Of a stretch of DNA of 64,000 nucleotides, positions 1 through 9,903 are shown piece after piece. Where the stretch lies: the NCBI GenBank assembly GCA_963696385.1, contig CAVOKF010000004.1:672001-736000 (forward strand), given 5' to 3'. Position numbers and translations under genes: made by a program. The first letter of the stretch is position 1, and each line of letters begins with the position of its first letter. Origin of the DNA: an uncultured delta proteobacterium. GTDB lineage: Bacteria > Myxococcota_A > Polyangia > Polyangiales > Polyangiaceae. The notes below the pieces were generated by a model, which searched no databases, was not told the origin of the DNA, and was given only the letters and a program-made list of their open reading frames with translations.

Positions 1-803
1 CAGATGCAGCGCACGATGTCGATGTTCGTGCGCTCGCTCCGTCCGCCGATGTTGAAGGTCGATCCCGGCTGGGCCCGCATCAGCACCTCGAATAGGGCTA
101 GGCAGTGATCCTCGACGTAGAGCCAATCGCGGACGTTTTGTCCGTCGCCGTACACCGGCAATGGCTTGCCCTCGAGGGCGTTCAAGACGATGAGCGGGAT
201 GAGTTTCTCCGGGAACTGATAGGGCCCGTAATTGTTCGAACAGTTCGTCGTAAGCGTCGGCAATCCGTACGTCGCGTGGGTGGCGCGAACGAAATGGTCG
301 GCGGCAGCCTTCGAGGCTGCATAAGGCGAATTCGGCGCATAGGGCGTGGCCTCGGCGAAGAGGCCGGTCGGTCCGAGCGAACCGAACACCTCGTCGGTCG
401 AAACATGGAGGAACCGGAATGCCCGCGCCCGGGCCGGATCCAACGACTTCCAATACCCGAGCGAAGCCTGAAGAAGCTCGAAGGTCCCGAGCACGTTCGT
501 GCGAACGAACTCCCCCGGTTCGTCGATGGAACGGTCAACGTGCGACTCGGCCGCGAAGTTGACGACGCCCATCGGGCGATGAGTTTCGAGAAGGCGCGCG
601 ACGAGCGCGCGGTTTGCAATGTCGCCGTGGACGAAGACGTACCTCGGATCGCCCGCTACGGACGCGAGGTTTTCCAGGTTGCCGGCGTACGTCAGCTTGT
701 CCAGATTCAGGACACGCCATCCCCGATCGATAGCGTGCCGTACGAAATTCGAGCCGATGAAGCCGGCACCGCCGGTAACCAGCAGCGTATGTTCAGACTG
801 CAC
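1..803 (-). CDS. rfbB: dTDP-glucose 4,6-dehydratase (3' end runs off the window)
   Basis: Read by hand on the minus strand from GTG at 803: [22 protein letters not shown]...[12 protein letters not shown]...[12 protein letters not shown]...HVSTDEV...YAASKAA. Absent from the ORF track because it is truncated. Confidence 0.93.
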   Translation of the reverse strand, partial: MQSEHTLLVTGGAGFIGSNFVRHAIDRGWRVLNLDKLTYAGNLENLASVAGDPRYVFVHGDIANRALVARLLETHRPMGVVNFAAESHVDRSIDEPGEFVRTNVLGTFELLQASLGYWKSLDPARARAFRFLHVSTDEVFGSLGPTGLFAEATPYAPNSPYAASKAAADHFVRATHATYGLPTLTTNCSNNYGPYQFPEKLIPLIVLNALEGKPLPVYGDGQNVRDWLYVEDHCLALFEVLMRAQPGSTFNIGGRSERTNIDIVRCI

Positions 804-920
804 GAGATCCGGATAGGAGACTATCGACCGCTCCGGCAGTGTGCAAGCGCGCGCGCCCTCGCCCATGCGGCGAGGACCGTGATCCGTGCCGCGCCCCTCT
901 TTCGATTCGGCAACCGCGCG

Positions 921-2570
921 CTACCGCCGATGTTCGATGAACACCGTGAAATCGGCCACCTTGAACCGCTCGTACCGGGCGCCGCTTCGCTTCAGTTGCC
1001 ACTCCGCGTCGTTCGGGCTCGCGCGCGGTTCGGAAGGGTGAAAAATATACGCCACGTCGCGGGCTGCCTCGAACCCGCGACGGTAGGCCGGATAGCGGTC
1101 ATCGCTCGGGTTCAATGGAACGACGGTGGGGTTTTCTTGGAACAAAAACGTCAGCCGATAGGCCAGCCAGTATTGAGCGGCGCCATACGCGACATGGTGT
1201 TCTCGAAGCAGTCGCCCCACGTCGAGCTCCTCTCGCGCCGCACCCCGCGCGGACCGCACCGGTAGCCCCGCCTCGACGTACGTGACACCGTAACTGATCC
1301 ATCCGTTTACCGCCGCCGCGACGAGGTAGGGCGTAGCGAGCGCGGCGAAGCGTCGGGTTCCGAGCAGGAATGCAGTGGGTCCCAACGCGAGCGGCATCGT
1401 CAGAATGATGGGTGCCAAATATCGCGTGGACCACATGTCGACCGGCATGCCCGAAACGAGAAAGCCGGCGAGCGAACAGCCCATGGTGGCGAGCGCAAAC
1501 AAGGCGAGGCGTCGGATGCCCCAAGGAATTCGTCGCATCCAAACGAGCCCCGCGGCCGAGACCGTGGCGACCGCGACCAGGCCCGCGCCGACGTCCTGAA
1601 TCACCCGAAACCACCGGGGAACGGGCACGGCCTCGGCATACAGACCGCCGCGATGAGCAAAGATCTCGTAACTGAGTGTCCAGGGCAGCGATTGCCGTGT
1701 GAGCAGATGCAGATTCGACGATAGACGGTCGATCGAGAACGAGACCGACGTCGTGCCGGTGGCTTGTGGGCAGAAACCCCTCAGCACTCGCACCACGATC
1801 CACCCGAGCAACAACCCGAGTCCGGCTGAGGCCACACGGTGAACCGTGGGTCGGCTCGTGAGCGGCTTGGTGAACGCGCACGCGAGAGCCAACAAGACGA
1901 GCGGACCTATCCACTGGATCGCGTAGAGATCCAGATAAAGCGTGAAGACAGCGGCGCAGCTGCCGAGAAAAAGTCGCAGCGAGGCGCGCGGCGAGCCCTG
2001 CGACCCGGCCAGGAGCCAAAGCGAGGTCGCAAAGAGCACGATGCAGAATTGCCGCTGAACGTAAATGAGACAAAGATTGACCGCCATCGGCGTGAAGACG
2101 ACGGGCAACGTCAACCACGCGGCTGCCCAGGGCGCGAAGTTCTTCCGGCTGATACCGAAGAAGAGCCCCACCACGATCAACTGGCCCACGAACGGCACGA
2201 GCAGAAGTGCCAGCGGACTCGCTCCCAGCACCACGAACGCAAGGGCTGCGACGATGGAGTCGACCGGAGCTTGATACGCCGCGCCCCAAAGGGTCCACGC
2301 CCACTCACCCCGCAAGAGGTGCATGGCTTGTAGCCCGACGACGGCGGCATCCGAATTCACGGCCCCGGCGTCGAGCAACACGGGAAATCGGAACACGGCC
2401 GCGAGGCACAGCAGGGCGAGGAGCGGAGCGCTTTGGGAGCCCCATGCCGCGAGCCGACCGCACGTCTCGCGCCACACGTCTCGCGTGCGGTTGGTAGGCG
2501 CCCCGGCTTTCCGTGCAACACTCTTCGGTTCGCAGGGCCCTTCGACGGCCTTCTGGTTCGTGGCCCGCAC
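921..2570 (-). CDS. Polytopic membrane protein, GT-C/PMT-like glycosyltransferase
   Basis: Many TM segments; first-loop motif NSDAAVVGLQAMHLL..W...YQ. Start placed at GTG 2570, 8 nt after a TACCAT -10 box (track start 2615). Confidence 0.65.
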   Translation of the reverse strand: MRATNQKAVEGPCEPKSVARKAGAPTNRTRDVWRETCGRLAAWGSQSAPLLALLCLAAVFRFPVLLDAGAVNSDAAVVGLQAMHLLRGEWAWTLWGAAYQAPVDSIVAALAFVVLGASPLALLLVPFVGQLIVVGLFFGISRKNFAPWAAAWLTLPVVFTPMAVNLCLIYVQRQFCIVLFATSLWLLAGSQGSPRASLRLFLGSCAAVFTLYLDLYAIQWIGPLVLLALACAFTKPLTSRPTVHRVASAGLGLLLGWIVVRVLRGFCPQATGTTSVSFSIDRLSSNLHLLTRQSLPWTLSYEIFAHRGGLYAEAVPVPRWFRVIQDVGAGLVAVATVSAAGLVWMRRIPWGIRRLALFALATMGCSLAGFLVSGMPVDMWSTRYLAPIILTMPLALGPTAFLLGTRRFAALATPYLVAAAVNGWISYGVTYVEAGLPVRSARGAAREELDVGRLLREHHVAYGAAQYWLAYRLTFLFQENPTVVPLNPSDDRYPAYRRGFEAARDVAYIFHPSEPRASPNDAEWQLKRSGARYERFKVADFTVFIEHRR

Positions 2571-2734
2571 GCTCGCCGATGGTAGCCCGGAGCAGGGCGC
2601 TTCAAAACGAAGCAATCCGAGGGCACCCGGTTTTTGGCAGCCGACTCGCCTGCGGCAAAGGGTTCACGCCGAGGGCCGTTTCTCACTTTTTTGCCCCGCG
2701 CACGAGCGGCCGGTGGTGTAGCCTCTCGCGCCGC

Positions 2735-3685
2735 GTGCAGTCGGACGACGAGAAGCGCCGGAACCGAACGGTCTGGATGAGGCGGGCCATCGCCGCGGCA
2801 ATCCCCGCGGCCGGCATTCTGGAGCTATCGGCGCACTGGATTCAGACGGCGTCGATCGTTCCCGAGCGAGATTGGAAGGCCGCGCGGGAATATACGGCCT
2901 CGAACACGAGGCCTGCGGACCTCGTGGTGTTCGCACCCCGCTGGACCGATCCGATCGGGCGGGAAACCTTTGGCCCGACGATCGCCAACTTGGAACGCGA
3001 GGCTCGCGACGACGAAACGACATTTCCTCGAGCGTTCGAAGTCTCGATTCGGGGCGCTCACCTGGCCGCGCTCGCGTCGTGGCGCCGCACCGCCGAAAAG
3101 CGATTCGGCGGCGTTGTCGTGGCGACGCTGGAGAACCCACGGCCGGCGACCCGGGTCGACGATTTCGTTTCGAGGGTGAATTCCGAGCAGATGCGAGTGT
3201 CACTGGCTCAGTCTGGACGCATCACCGACTGCGTCTTCGTGCGCACAGTCCCATCGACCGGCGGGTTGGGGGCCGGCCAGCCCATCTCGGCCGAGCGTTT
3301 CACTTGCCCAGGGGGCGTGGTCGTCTCCACCAGTATCGTCACCGACCTCGACTACTATCCACATCGTTGCATCCAGGCGCCCGTTTCGGCAGGTGGCACC
3401 GTCGTCCGTTTGCGGTTTCTCGACGTGACCTTTGGCCATGCCCTTCACGGTCACCATGCGATATACATAGAGGCCGATCGCCCGTCCGACGAACCGCCCG
3501 TGTCCATTGCCTTCCGCGTCCATGATGCTCTCATTGGAGAGGCCTCGTATCGCGACGGCGACGGGTGGAAGCCGTTCGAGTTCGACACGAGCGCCATAGC
3601 CGGGACACGCGGCGACGCGGTCGTCGAGATCGGTGCTTCGGGCGGAGGCCGGCGCATGTACTGCTTCGCGGCGGACACGCGGTGA
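2735..3685 (+). CDS. Hypothetical membrane-anchored/exported protein
   Basis: N-terminal hydrophobic anchor, Cys-containing beta-rich C-terminus; stop overlaps next start (GTGA). Start inferred from TAGCCT at 2719-2724. Confidence 0.6.
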   Translation: MQSDDEKRRNRTVWMRRAIAAAIPAAGILELSAHWIQTASIVPERDWKAAREYTASNTRPADLVVFAPRWTDPIGRETFGPTIANLEREARDDETTFPRAFEVSIRGAHLAALASWRRTAEKRFGGVVVATLENPRPATRVDDFVSRVNSEQMRVSLAQSGRITDCVFVRTVPSTGGLGAGQPISAERFTCPGGVVVSTSIVTDLDYYPHRCIQAPVSAGGTVVRLRFLDVTFGHALHGHHAIYIEADRPSDEPPVSIAFRVHDALIGEASYRDGDGWKPFEFDTSAIAGTRGDAVVEIGASGGGRRMYCFAADTR

Positions 3686-5382
3686 AGCTCCGGTCGATTC
3701 GCTGGCCCGATCGCATCGGCTGGCGCGATCACGCGCTCGGCGCGGCGTTCGGTGCGGCCTACCTGCTCACGCTCCTCGCGACCGCGGGCGGCATCGGAAT
3801 TGCTCGCGACGAGTCGTTCTACTTCCGCGCGGCGAATAGCTACCTCAGCTGGTGGCAGCTGCTGTTCGAGCGGGGTAGCGCGGCTCTGAGCCAAAGTGCC
3901 ATCGACGGTCCCTGGAGCGACAACCACGAGCATCCCGCACTGATGAAAACGCTCTTCGGGTTTTCATGGTGGCTTTTTCACGAGAAATGGCACGTGTTTT
4001 CGGCGGCAAGTACGGCCTATCGCTTTCCTGCGATGTGCACCGCAGCGATGGCCATTTGGACGACGTACATCTTTGGTGCGAGGTCGTGGGGTCGGCAAGC
4101 CGGCGTTGTCGCAGCGACGCTTCTAGCGCTCATGCCGCGGGTGTTCTTTCACGCGCATCTCGCCTGCTTCGACGTTCCGATCATGTCGATGTGGCTTCTG
4201 TGTGTCTATGCGAACTGGCGTGCGCAAGGGACACGCGCCATTGGGTGGACCCTGGCTGCCGGCGTGACCTTCGGCCTCGCGCTCGAAACCAAACACAACG
4301 CCTGGATGCTTCCGATCGTTCTCGTCCCGCACGCGGTGTTCGTGCATCGACGCGCTCTGGTCCGTGGCCTGAAGGCGGGTCGCCTGGCGGTGCCGTCGAG
4401 CCTCGTATCCATGGCCGTAGTGGGGCCGCTCGTCTTCCTGTTGCTGTGGCCTTACCTGTGGAACGACACGCTCGCCCGTTTGCAGTGGTATGGCAACTTT
4501 CATTTGAATCACGTCTACTACAGCATCGAATTCCTCGGGCATAACTACGGATTGCCGCCCAATCCGAAATCCTACTTGCCGGTCATGGTGATTGCGACCG
4601 TGCCGACGATTACGCTCTTGCTCTTCGCCGTCGGTGCCGTGGACCGGGCCCGCGCCGGGGTCTTGCGCTTGGTTGCCTGGATTTCCGCGCGGCTCAACGT
4701 GCACCGTCCAACGGCCATGCGGCCACCGGCCGACGCGGCGGAGACCGATCTGCTGATTGCGCTGTCGCTTCTCGTGCCGATGTTCTTTTTCTTTCTGCCC
4801 AAGACCCCGATCTTCGGTGCGACCAAGCACTGGCTACCGGCCTACCCGTTTTTGGCGCTTTTTGCGGGGCGCGGCTTCGTGCTGGCCTCAGGGGCTCTGC
4901 GTCGTGCGATGCCGAACCTCTCGGCGCGCGGAGCCCTGGCGGCCGATTCCGCGCTGTTCGCATCCGTCGTCCTCGCGCCGCTGGCGGTGACGGCACACTC
5001 GCATCCGTTCGGCCTTTCGTCGTACGTGCCGGTGGTTGGAGGCACGGCGGGCGGCGCGGATCTCGGCCTGAATCGACAGTTTTGGGGATACACGTCGCAA
5101 AACGCCGCTACGGAATACTTGAACGCCCACGCTCCGAGAAATGCCTCCGTGTTCATCCACGACACGACGGCCGACGCCTGGTTTCGCATGCAAGAAGACG
5201 GGCACGTCCGTCGCGACCTTCGCGCCGTGGGCTCGCCTTCCGAGGCGCAAATCGCGCTCTTGGAGCATGAACTGCACATGAACGAGGTCGATTACGCGAT
5301 CTGGGTGGCGTTCGGTTCGGACGCACCCACGTACGTCGTCACCCATGACGGTGTACCGATCGTCAGCATCTACCGACGCTGA
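3682..5382 (+). CDS. ArnT/PMT-family (GT39-like) glycosyltransferase
   Basis: GIARDESFYF acidic loop, HEHPALMK, many TM helices; GTG start overlaps upstream TGA. Confidence 0.82.
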   Translation: MKLRSIRWPDRIGWRDHALGAAFGAAYLLTLLATAGGIGIARDESFYFRAANSYLSWWQLLFERGSAALSQSAIDGPWSDNHEHPALMKTLFGFSWWLFHEKWHVFSAASTAYRFPAMCTAAMAIWTTYIFGARSWGRQAGVVAATLLALMPRVFFHAHLACFDVPIMSMWLLCVYANWRAQGTRAIGWTLAAGVTFGLALETKHNAWMLPIVLVPHAVFVHRRALVRGLKAGRLAVPSSLVSMAVVGPLVFLLLWPYLWNDTLARLQWYGNFHLNHVYYSIEFLGHNYGLPPNPKSYLPVMVIATVPTITLLLFAVGAVDRARAGVLRLVAWISARLNVHRPTAMRPPADAAETDLLIALSLLVPMFFFFLPKTPIFGATKHWLPAYPFLALFAGRGFVLASGALRRAMPNLSARGALAADSALFASVVLAPLAVTAHSHPFGLSSYVPVVGGTAGGADLGLNRQFWGYTSQNAATEYLNAHAPRNASVFIHDTTADAWFRMQEDGHVRRDLRAVGSPSEAQIALLEHELHMNEVDYAIWVAFGSDAPTYVVTHDGVPIVSIYRR

Positions 5383-5478
5383 ATGACCGGCGGGTAGAGC
5401 CAGCGAGACCCCGCCCGCAAATCCGCTGCGGGTTCGGCGAACGCTTCGCCCGCGCCCGCAAGCCGCGGCCGGCCCGCG

Positions 5479-6216
5479 CTATCCGTGGCCGTGCGGCTTG
5501 ATCGGGCGCGGCGGGTTGCGGCGCCACGGCGGATATCGCAGTGCGGACCGCACGGTCGACCATGTATAGCGGAACAGGCCTGGGATGTTGACCGACGAGC
5601 TCTCGCCGTCGTACCGGACCGGACAGGGCACGTCCGCCACGCGAAATCCGGCTGCCACGGCGGCCATGAGGATGTCGCTCGCGAAGGCATGGGTGTTGCT
5701 GAAGGCGTCCATGTCAATCGTGGCGATCACCTCCCGCGAATAGGCGCGCATTCCGCTGTGCCACTCGCCGAATGCCGTGCCGAACCACAAATTCTCGAAC
5801 AGCGTGAGCGTGCGATTGCCGAGATATCGATAAAGAGGCATTCCGCCGCTCATCGCGTCGGCGCGTGAGCGGATGCGGTTGCCTTGAATCAAATCGTAGT
5901 ATCCGCGCGCGACGTACTCGACCATCAAATCCGCCAGCGCCGGCTCGTACTGGTAGTCCGCGTGGATCTCGAGGGCGACGTCCGCGCCTTCCTCGAGAAA
6001 CAGTCGGAACAGACGCTTCAGGTTGCCGCCGTAGTTGAGGTTTGTCTCGTGGCGCACGACGCGGAGTCCGAGACGCGAGGCGACGTCGTACGTTCCGTCG
6101 GTCGAGGCGTCGTCCCCCACGATGACGTGTGGCTTCAGGCTGTCCGGCAGGGCTTGGAATGTCTTGGCCAGCGTACGCTCCGCGTTGTAAGCAAGCATGA
6201 GAACGACTGGCTTCAT
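5479..6216 (-). CDS. GT2 glycosyltransferase (polyprenol-phosphate glycosyltransferase-like)
   Basis: MKPVVLMLAYNAERTL, VGDDASTDGT, EIHADYQY, HSGMRAYSR motifs. Confidence 0.88.
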   Translation of the reverse strand: MKPVVLMLAYNAERTLAKTFQALPDSLKPHVIVGDDASTDGTYDVASRLGLRVVRHETNLNYGGNLKRLFRLFLEEGADVALEIHADYQYEPALADLMVEYVARGYYDLIQGNRIRSRADAMSGGMPLYRYLGNRTLTLFENLWFGTAFGEWHSGMRAYSREVIATIDMDAFSNTHAFASDILMAAVAAGFRVADVPCPVRYDGESSSVNIPGLFRYTWSTVRSALRYPPWRRNPPRPIKPHGHG

Positions 6217-6255
6217 GGATCCGCAACTGATACCACAAACTCGTTCGCGTGTTGC

Positions 6256-7137
6256 ATGACGGGCGGCGCGAGAGGACGGGGTCGAACCGCCCTTGTGCTT
6301 GGCGGTGGCGGAATGCTCGCTGCGGACATCCGCCCGGCGCTCGAGGCGCGCGGCTTCGAAGTGGTGAGCGTTGGCCGCACCGATTGTGACGTGACGCAGC
6401 CGGCCATGGTGAGGTCGACGGTCGAGCGGATCGCGCCGGGGCTCGTCCTCAACTGCGCGGCCTATACGCACGTCGATAGGGCCGAAACCGAGGTCGCTGC
6501 CGCTCGTGCCGTGAATGCCGACGGTGCGGGCCATGTCGCCCAGGCCGTCGCCCGAATCGGTGCCAAACTCGTTCACATTTCGACGGATTACGTATTCGAC
6601 GGAACGCTTCGCCGTCCGTATCGAGAGACCGACACCCCAGCGCCTCTCGGCGTTTACGCGCGATCCAAGCTGGAGGGCGAGCTCCGCGTTCTGTCTTCCG
6701 GCGGCAATGCAACCGTCGTGCGGACCGGAGAGCTCTATGGGAGCGGCGGCCCGAACTTTTTCGCGGCGATCATCGCTCGAGCACGCGCAGGCGGCCGGGT
6801 TCGAGTGGTCGATGACCAGGTCGTGAGCCCGACATGGACCCGAGAGCTCGCACGACAGATCGCGCTTCTGGTCGACGGCGCTCCTCCGGGGCTCTACCAC
6901 GCGACGGCGGACGGCGAGACCACCTGGTACCAGGCGGCGTGTGCGGCCTTCAGCGTCCTCGGTATCGATGTCGTCGTCGAGCCGATATCGACGCAGTCCT
7001 GGGGGTCGCCGACACCGCGCCCTCTCTACTCGGTGCTCGCCCACCAGGCGCTCGATGATTTGGGTCTGTACCGCATGCGTACGTGGCGCGACGCGCTCCA
7101 CGAGTGGCTGCTTGATTCTACGTGGCGTTCGGCTTAG
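6256..7137 (+). CDS. rfbD: dTDP-4-dehydrorhamnose reductase
   Basis: GGGGML, NCAAYTHVDRAE, HISTDYVFDG, YARSKLEGE, VVDDQVVSPT. Confidence 0.93.
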   Translation: MTGGARGRGRTALVLGGGGMLAADIRPALEARGFEVVSVGRTDCDVTQPAMVRSTVERIAPGLVLNCAAYTHVDRAETEVAAARAVNADGAGHVAQAVARIGAKLVHISTDYVFDGTLRRPYRETDTPAPLGVYARSKLEGELRVLSSGGNATVVRTGELYGSGGPNFFAAIIARARAGGRVRVVDDQVVSPTWTRELARQIALLVDGAPPGLYHATADGETTWYQAACAAFSVLGIDVVVEPISTQSWGSPTPRPLYSVLAHQALDDLGLYRMRTWRDALHEWLLDSTWRSA

Positions 7138-7147
7138 GAGCCCCGGG

Positions 7148-8374
7148 ATGCATTGCCGAATATGCGCGAGCACTTGCCTCGACACGTTTCTCGACCTGGG
7201 ACACCAGCCGCTCGCCAACGCTCTGCTGCGCGCATCCGATCTGGAGGCACGCCCTGAGCCTCGCTTCCCCCTTGCCCTCGCCATCTGCGAGCAGTGCGCG
7301 CTCGTACAACTCACCTATGTCGTTCCCGGAGAGGTCCTGTTTCGGCACTATTATTATTCGTCTTCCGTATCCGAAGTGATGACGCGTCACTTTGCCGTAT
7401 ATGCAGACGAGGTTGCCCGTCGCTTCGTGCCGGAGGGCGGTTTGGTCGTCGAAGTCGGCTCGAACGACGGCGTCCTTCTGCAGTCGCTGGTCGGTCGCCC
7501 GCTGCGCATCCTGGGCGTCGACCCCGCGCGCAACCTGGCCGAGGTCGCGGAGCGTCGCGGGGTCCCGACGGTTGCCGATTTTTTTTCCGAAGACGTCGCG
7601 AAACAGATCCGAAGCATCCACGGCCGAGCGTCCGCAGTCATTGCGAATAACGTCTTTGCACACATCAACGATCTCACGAGCGTCGCGCGCGGGCTCGACG
7701 AGCTGCTCGCCGAGGACGGGGTCTTCGTGTTCGAGGTGCCCTATCTAGTCGATCTCGTGGAAAAGCTCGAGTTCGATACCGTATATCACGAGCATCTCTC
7801 GTATTTTTCGGTTCGTCCGCTCGTCGCCCTTTTCGAAATGTTCGGTTTCGAGATCTTCGAGATCCGTCGGCAGTTGGTTCACGGCGGGTCCATTCGGGGG
7901 TTTGTCCGGAGGAAGCGGGTACGACCCTCCGACGTCTCACCGAGCTCCACGCAGCCGTTCCTGGAACTCGAAGAGAGGGCCGGTGTCTCCGATGCGCCGC
8001 GCCTCGCGGCGTTCGCGGCACAGGTATCGGAGCTGTGCTCCAGCCTTCGGATGACGCTGCTCCGGCTCCGCGCGGACGGCCGCCGGATTGCCGGCTACGG
8101 TGCCTCGGCGAAAGGCACGGTCTTGCTCAACGCGTGTGACCTTGGCCGCAGCGAGCTCGAGTTCATCGTCGATTCGACGCCTGCGAAGCAGGGTCTGTTC
8201 GCTCCCGGGAGTCATCTCCCGATCCGCCATCCCGACGCGTTGCGGAGCGAAAGCATCGACTACGCGCTGCTTCTGGCGTGGAACCACCGGCACGAGATCA
8301 TCGACAAGGAGCGCCTCTACCGCGACGCCGGAGGTCGGTTCATCGTGCCATTGCCCAAAGTGGAGATCGTTTGA
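7148..8374 (+). CDS. NDP-hexose C-methyltransferase family SAM methyltransferase
   Basis: N-terminal CRIC...CEQC zinc site, EVGSNDG, YHEHLSYFS, GYGASAKG; TAGGAG RBS. Confidence 0.88.
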   Translation: MHCRICASTCLDTFLDLGHQPLANALLRASDLEARPEPRFPLALAICEQCALVQLTYVVPGEVLFRHYYYSSSVSEVMTRHFAVYADEVARRFVPEGGLVVEVGSNDGVLLQSLVGRPLRILGVDPARNLAEVAERRGVPTVADFFSEDVAKQIRSIHGRASAVIANNVFAHINDLTSVARGLDELLAEDGVFVFEVPYLVDLVEKLEFDTVYHEHLSYFSVRPLVALFEMFGFEIFEIRRQLVHGGSIRGFVRRKRVRPSDVSPSSTQPFLELEERAGVSDAPRLAAFAAQVSELCSSLRMTLLRLRADGRRIAGYGASAKGTVLLNACDLGRSELEFIVDSTPAKQGLFAPGSHLPIRHPDALRSESIDYALLLAWNHRHEIIDKERLYRDAGGRFIVPLPKVEIV

Positions 8375-8925
8375 GCGCGCTCCGCACGGTCGAAACGGCG
8401 CTGCCTGGCGTTCGGATCGTCGAACGGGCCTCGTGGGACGACGAGCGCGGTTTTCTGGTGGAGACCTTCGACGCGGCGCGGTACTCCGCCGCGGGAATCG
8501 CCGGGCCCTTCGTGCTCGGCCTGCACACCCGATCGAAGCGGGGAACGCTGCGGGGGTTACACTTTCAGCAACCGCACCCTCAAGGCAAGCTGGTCGAGGT
8601 CGTCCGCGGAGAGATTTTCGACGTCGTGGTCGACGTTCGGCGGCGCTCCCCTGACTTCGGCCGGTGGATTTCGGTGACGCTTTCCGATGACAACCATCGT
8701 CAGCTCTGGATTCCGCCGGGGTTTGCGCACGGTTTCTGCGCCGTCTCCGACATGGCCGATGTGGTCTACAAGGTCGATGCGCCGTTCGTGGCGGGGGCCG
8801 CGCGCCACGTCGCGTGGAACGATCGCTCGCTCGCTATTGCTTGGCCCGTCGCCGACCCGGTGATGTCGGCCAAGGATCGCAGTGCCCTTCCGTTGGCCGA
8901 GCAACCCGATCTGCCGGAGCGTTAG
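8371..8925 (+). CDS. rfbC: dTDP-4-dehydrorhamnose 3,5-epimerase
   Basis: DERGFLVETF, GTLRGLHFQ, QGKLV, LWIPPGFAHGF; TTG start overlaps upstream stop. Confidence 0.92.
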   Translation: MSALRTVETALPGVRIVERASWDDERGFLVETFDAARYSAAGIAGPFVLGLHTRSKRGTLRGLHFQQPHPQGKLVEVVRGEIFDVVVDVRRRSPDFGRWISVTLSDDNHRQLWIPPGFAHGFCAVSDMADVVYKVDAPFVAGAARHVAWNDRSLAIAWPVADPVMSAKDRSALPLAEQPDLPER

Positions 8926-8964
8926 GGTGCAGGCAGGCAACGTACGAACCGGACCCGTGAACCG

Positions 8965-9903
8965 TCAGCTCTTCCTCCCGGCCATGACGAGCGTCGCCCC
9001 CCTCTTCGAGACGGCGCCGGCCACCGTCAGTGGAACGGCGAGGGGCGTTAGTAGGATGCCGGCCGCGAAGTTCAGCGCTTTGAAGCCCGCACCCGCTCGC
9101 GAAGGCCTGCCCGTCAGCTGGTGAAAAAAGACGTTTGGTTCGTCGGAGACGGAATTGAGCGCGCTTTGAACCCAGCCGAACAAGTCGATCTCGACCTCCA
9201 GATGAAAGCTGCGCATGACTTCGAGTCCGGCGCTTTCGAACATCCGCGAAAGCGAAGCCGGTCCAAAATGAAAGAGGTGCCGGGGCACGTCGAGATGAAA
9301 CCACCGGGCCCCGTATAGGCGCGCCTGAAGCCCTTGAGCGTCGGGCACCGCGACGATGACGGTGCCACCGGGCGCGAGCAAACCGACCGCGTGCTCGAGG
9401 ACTTCGCGCGGATCGCGCATGTGCTCGAGGCTGTGCCAAGCCGTGATGCATGCGTAGGGAGCTTGGGCGCTGGCGTGGTCGAGATCGGACCAGACCTCCA
9501 GGCCCGAGGCGCGCGCGACGGCCGGATTCATCTCCGTGCCCGAGACGATCCATCCTCCGTCGCGCGCAGCGACGAGGAACGTACCGTCACCGCATCCGAT
9601 GTCGAGCAGCCGCCGTCCCAGTCCAGCACCCACCACTTGCCGGAGCATTCGGGCGCGGCGACTCATGCAATAGCGCTCCGTGAAACCGTGACGGCCCCCG
9701 TGGTAGGCGGGCCCGTAGTAGGGGGCCAGGTCCTTGGGAACCGGAAACGTCTGGCCGAGACCGCACTCGGTGCATTCGGTGATTCCGAACGACTCGTGCG
9801 TCTGCGGGTCGATCACGCCTTCGAACCTTTCGCGGAGCCTGCCGCCGCATCCTCGGCAGGACGTGGGCATCGGCCCGGAATTCCCGGAGCTCGGACGATT
9901 CAT
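8965..9903 (-). CDS. Class I SAM-dependent methyltransferase with CxxC pairs
   Basis: CRGC...CTEC, LLDIGCGDG, WHSLEH, DVPRHLFHF; ATG overlaps upstream stop. Confidence 0.85.
   Translation of the reverse strand: MNRPSSGNSGPMPTSCRGCGGRLRERFEGVIDPQTHESFGITECTECGLGQTFPVPKDLAPYYGPAYHGGRHGFTERYCMSRRARMLRQVVGAGLGRRLLDIGCGDGTFLVAARDGGWIVSGTEMNPAVARASGLEVWSDLDHASAQAPYACITAWHSLEHMRDPREVLEHAVGLLAPGGTVIVAVPDAQGLQARLYGARWFHLDVPRHLFHFGPASLSRMFESAGLEVMRSFHLEVEIDLFGWVQSALNSVSDEPNVFFHQLTGRPSRAGAGFKALNFAAGILLTPLAVPLTVAGAVSKRGATLVMAGRKS

Noticed and set aside
105..1265. 386-aa plus-strand ORF
   Set aside because: Antisense shadow of rfbB and the GT-C gene; no motifs.
5479..7314. 611-aa minus ORF as one protein
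   Set aside because: Only the last 245 aa are GT2; the rest is antisense to rfbD.
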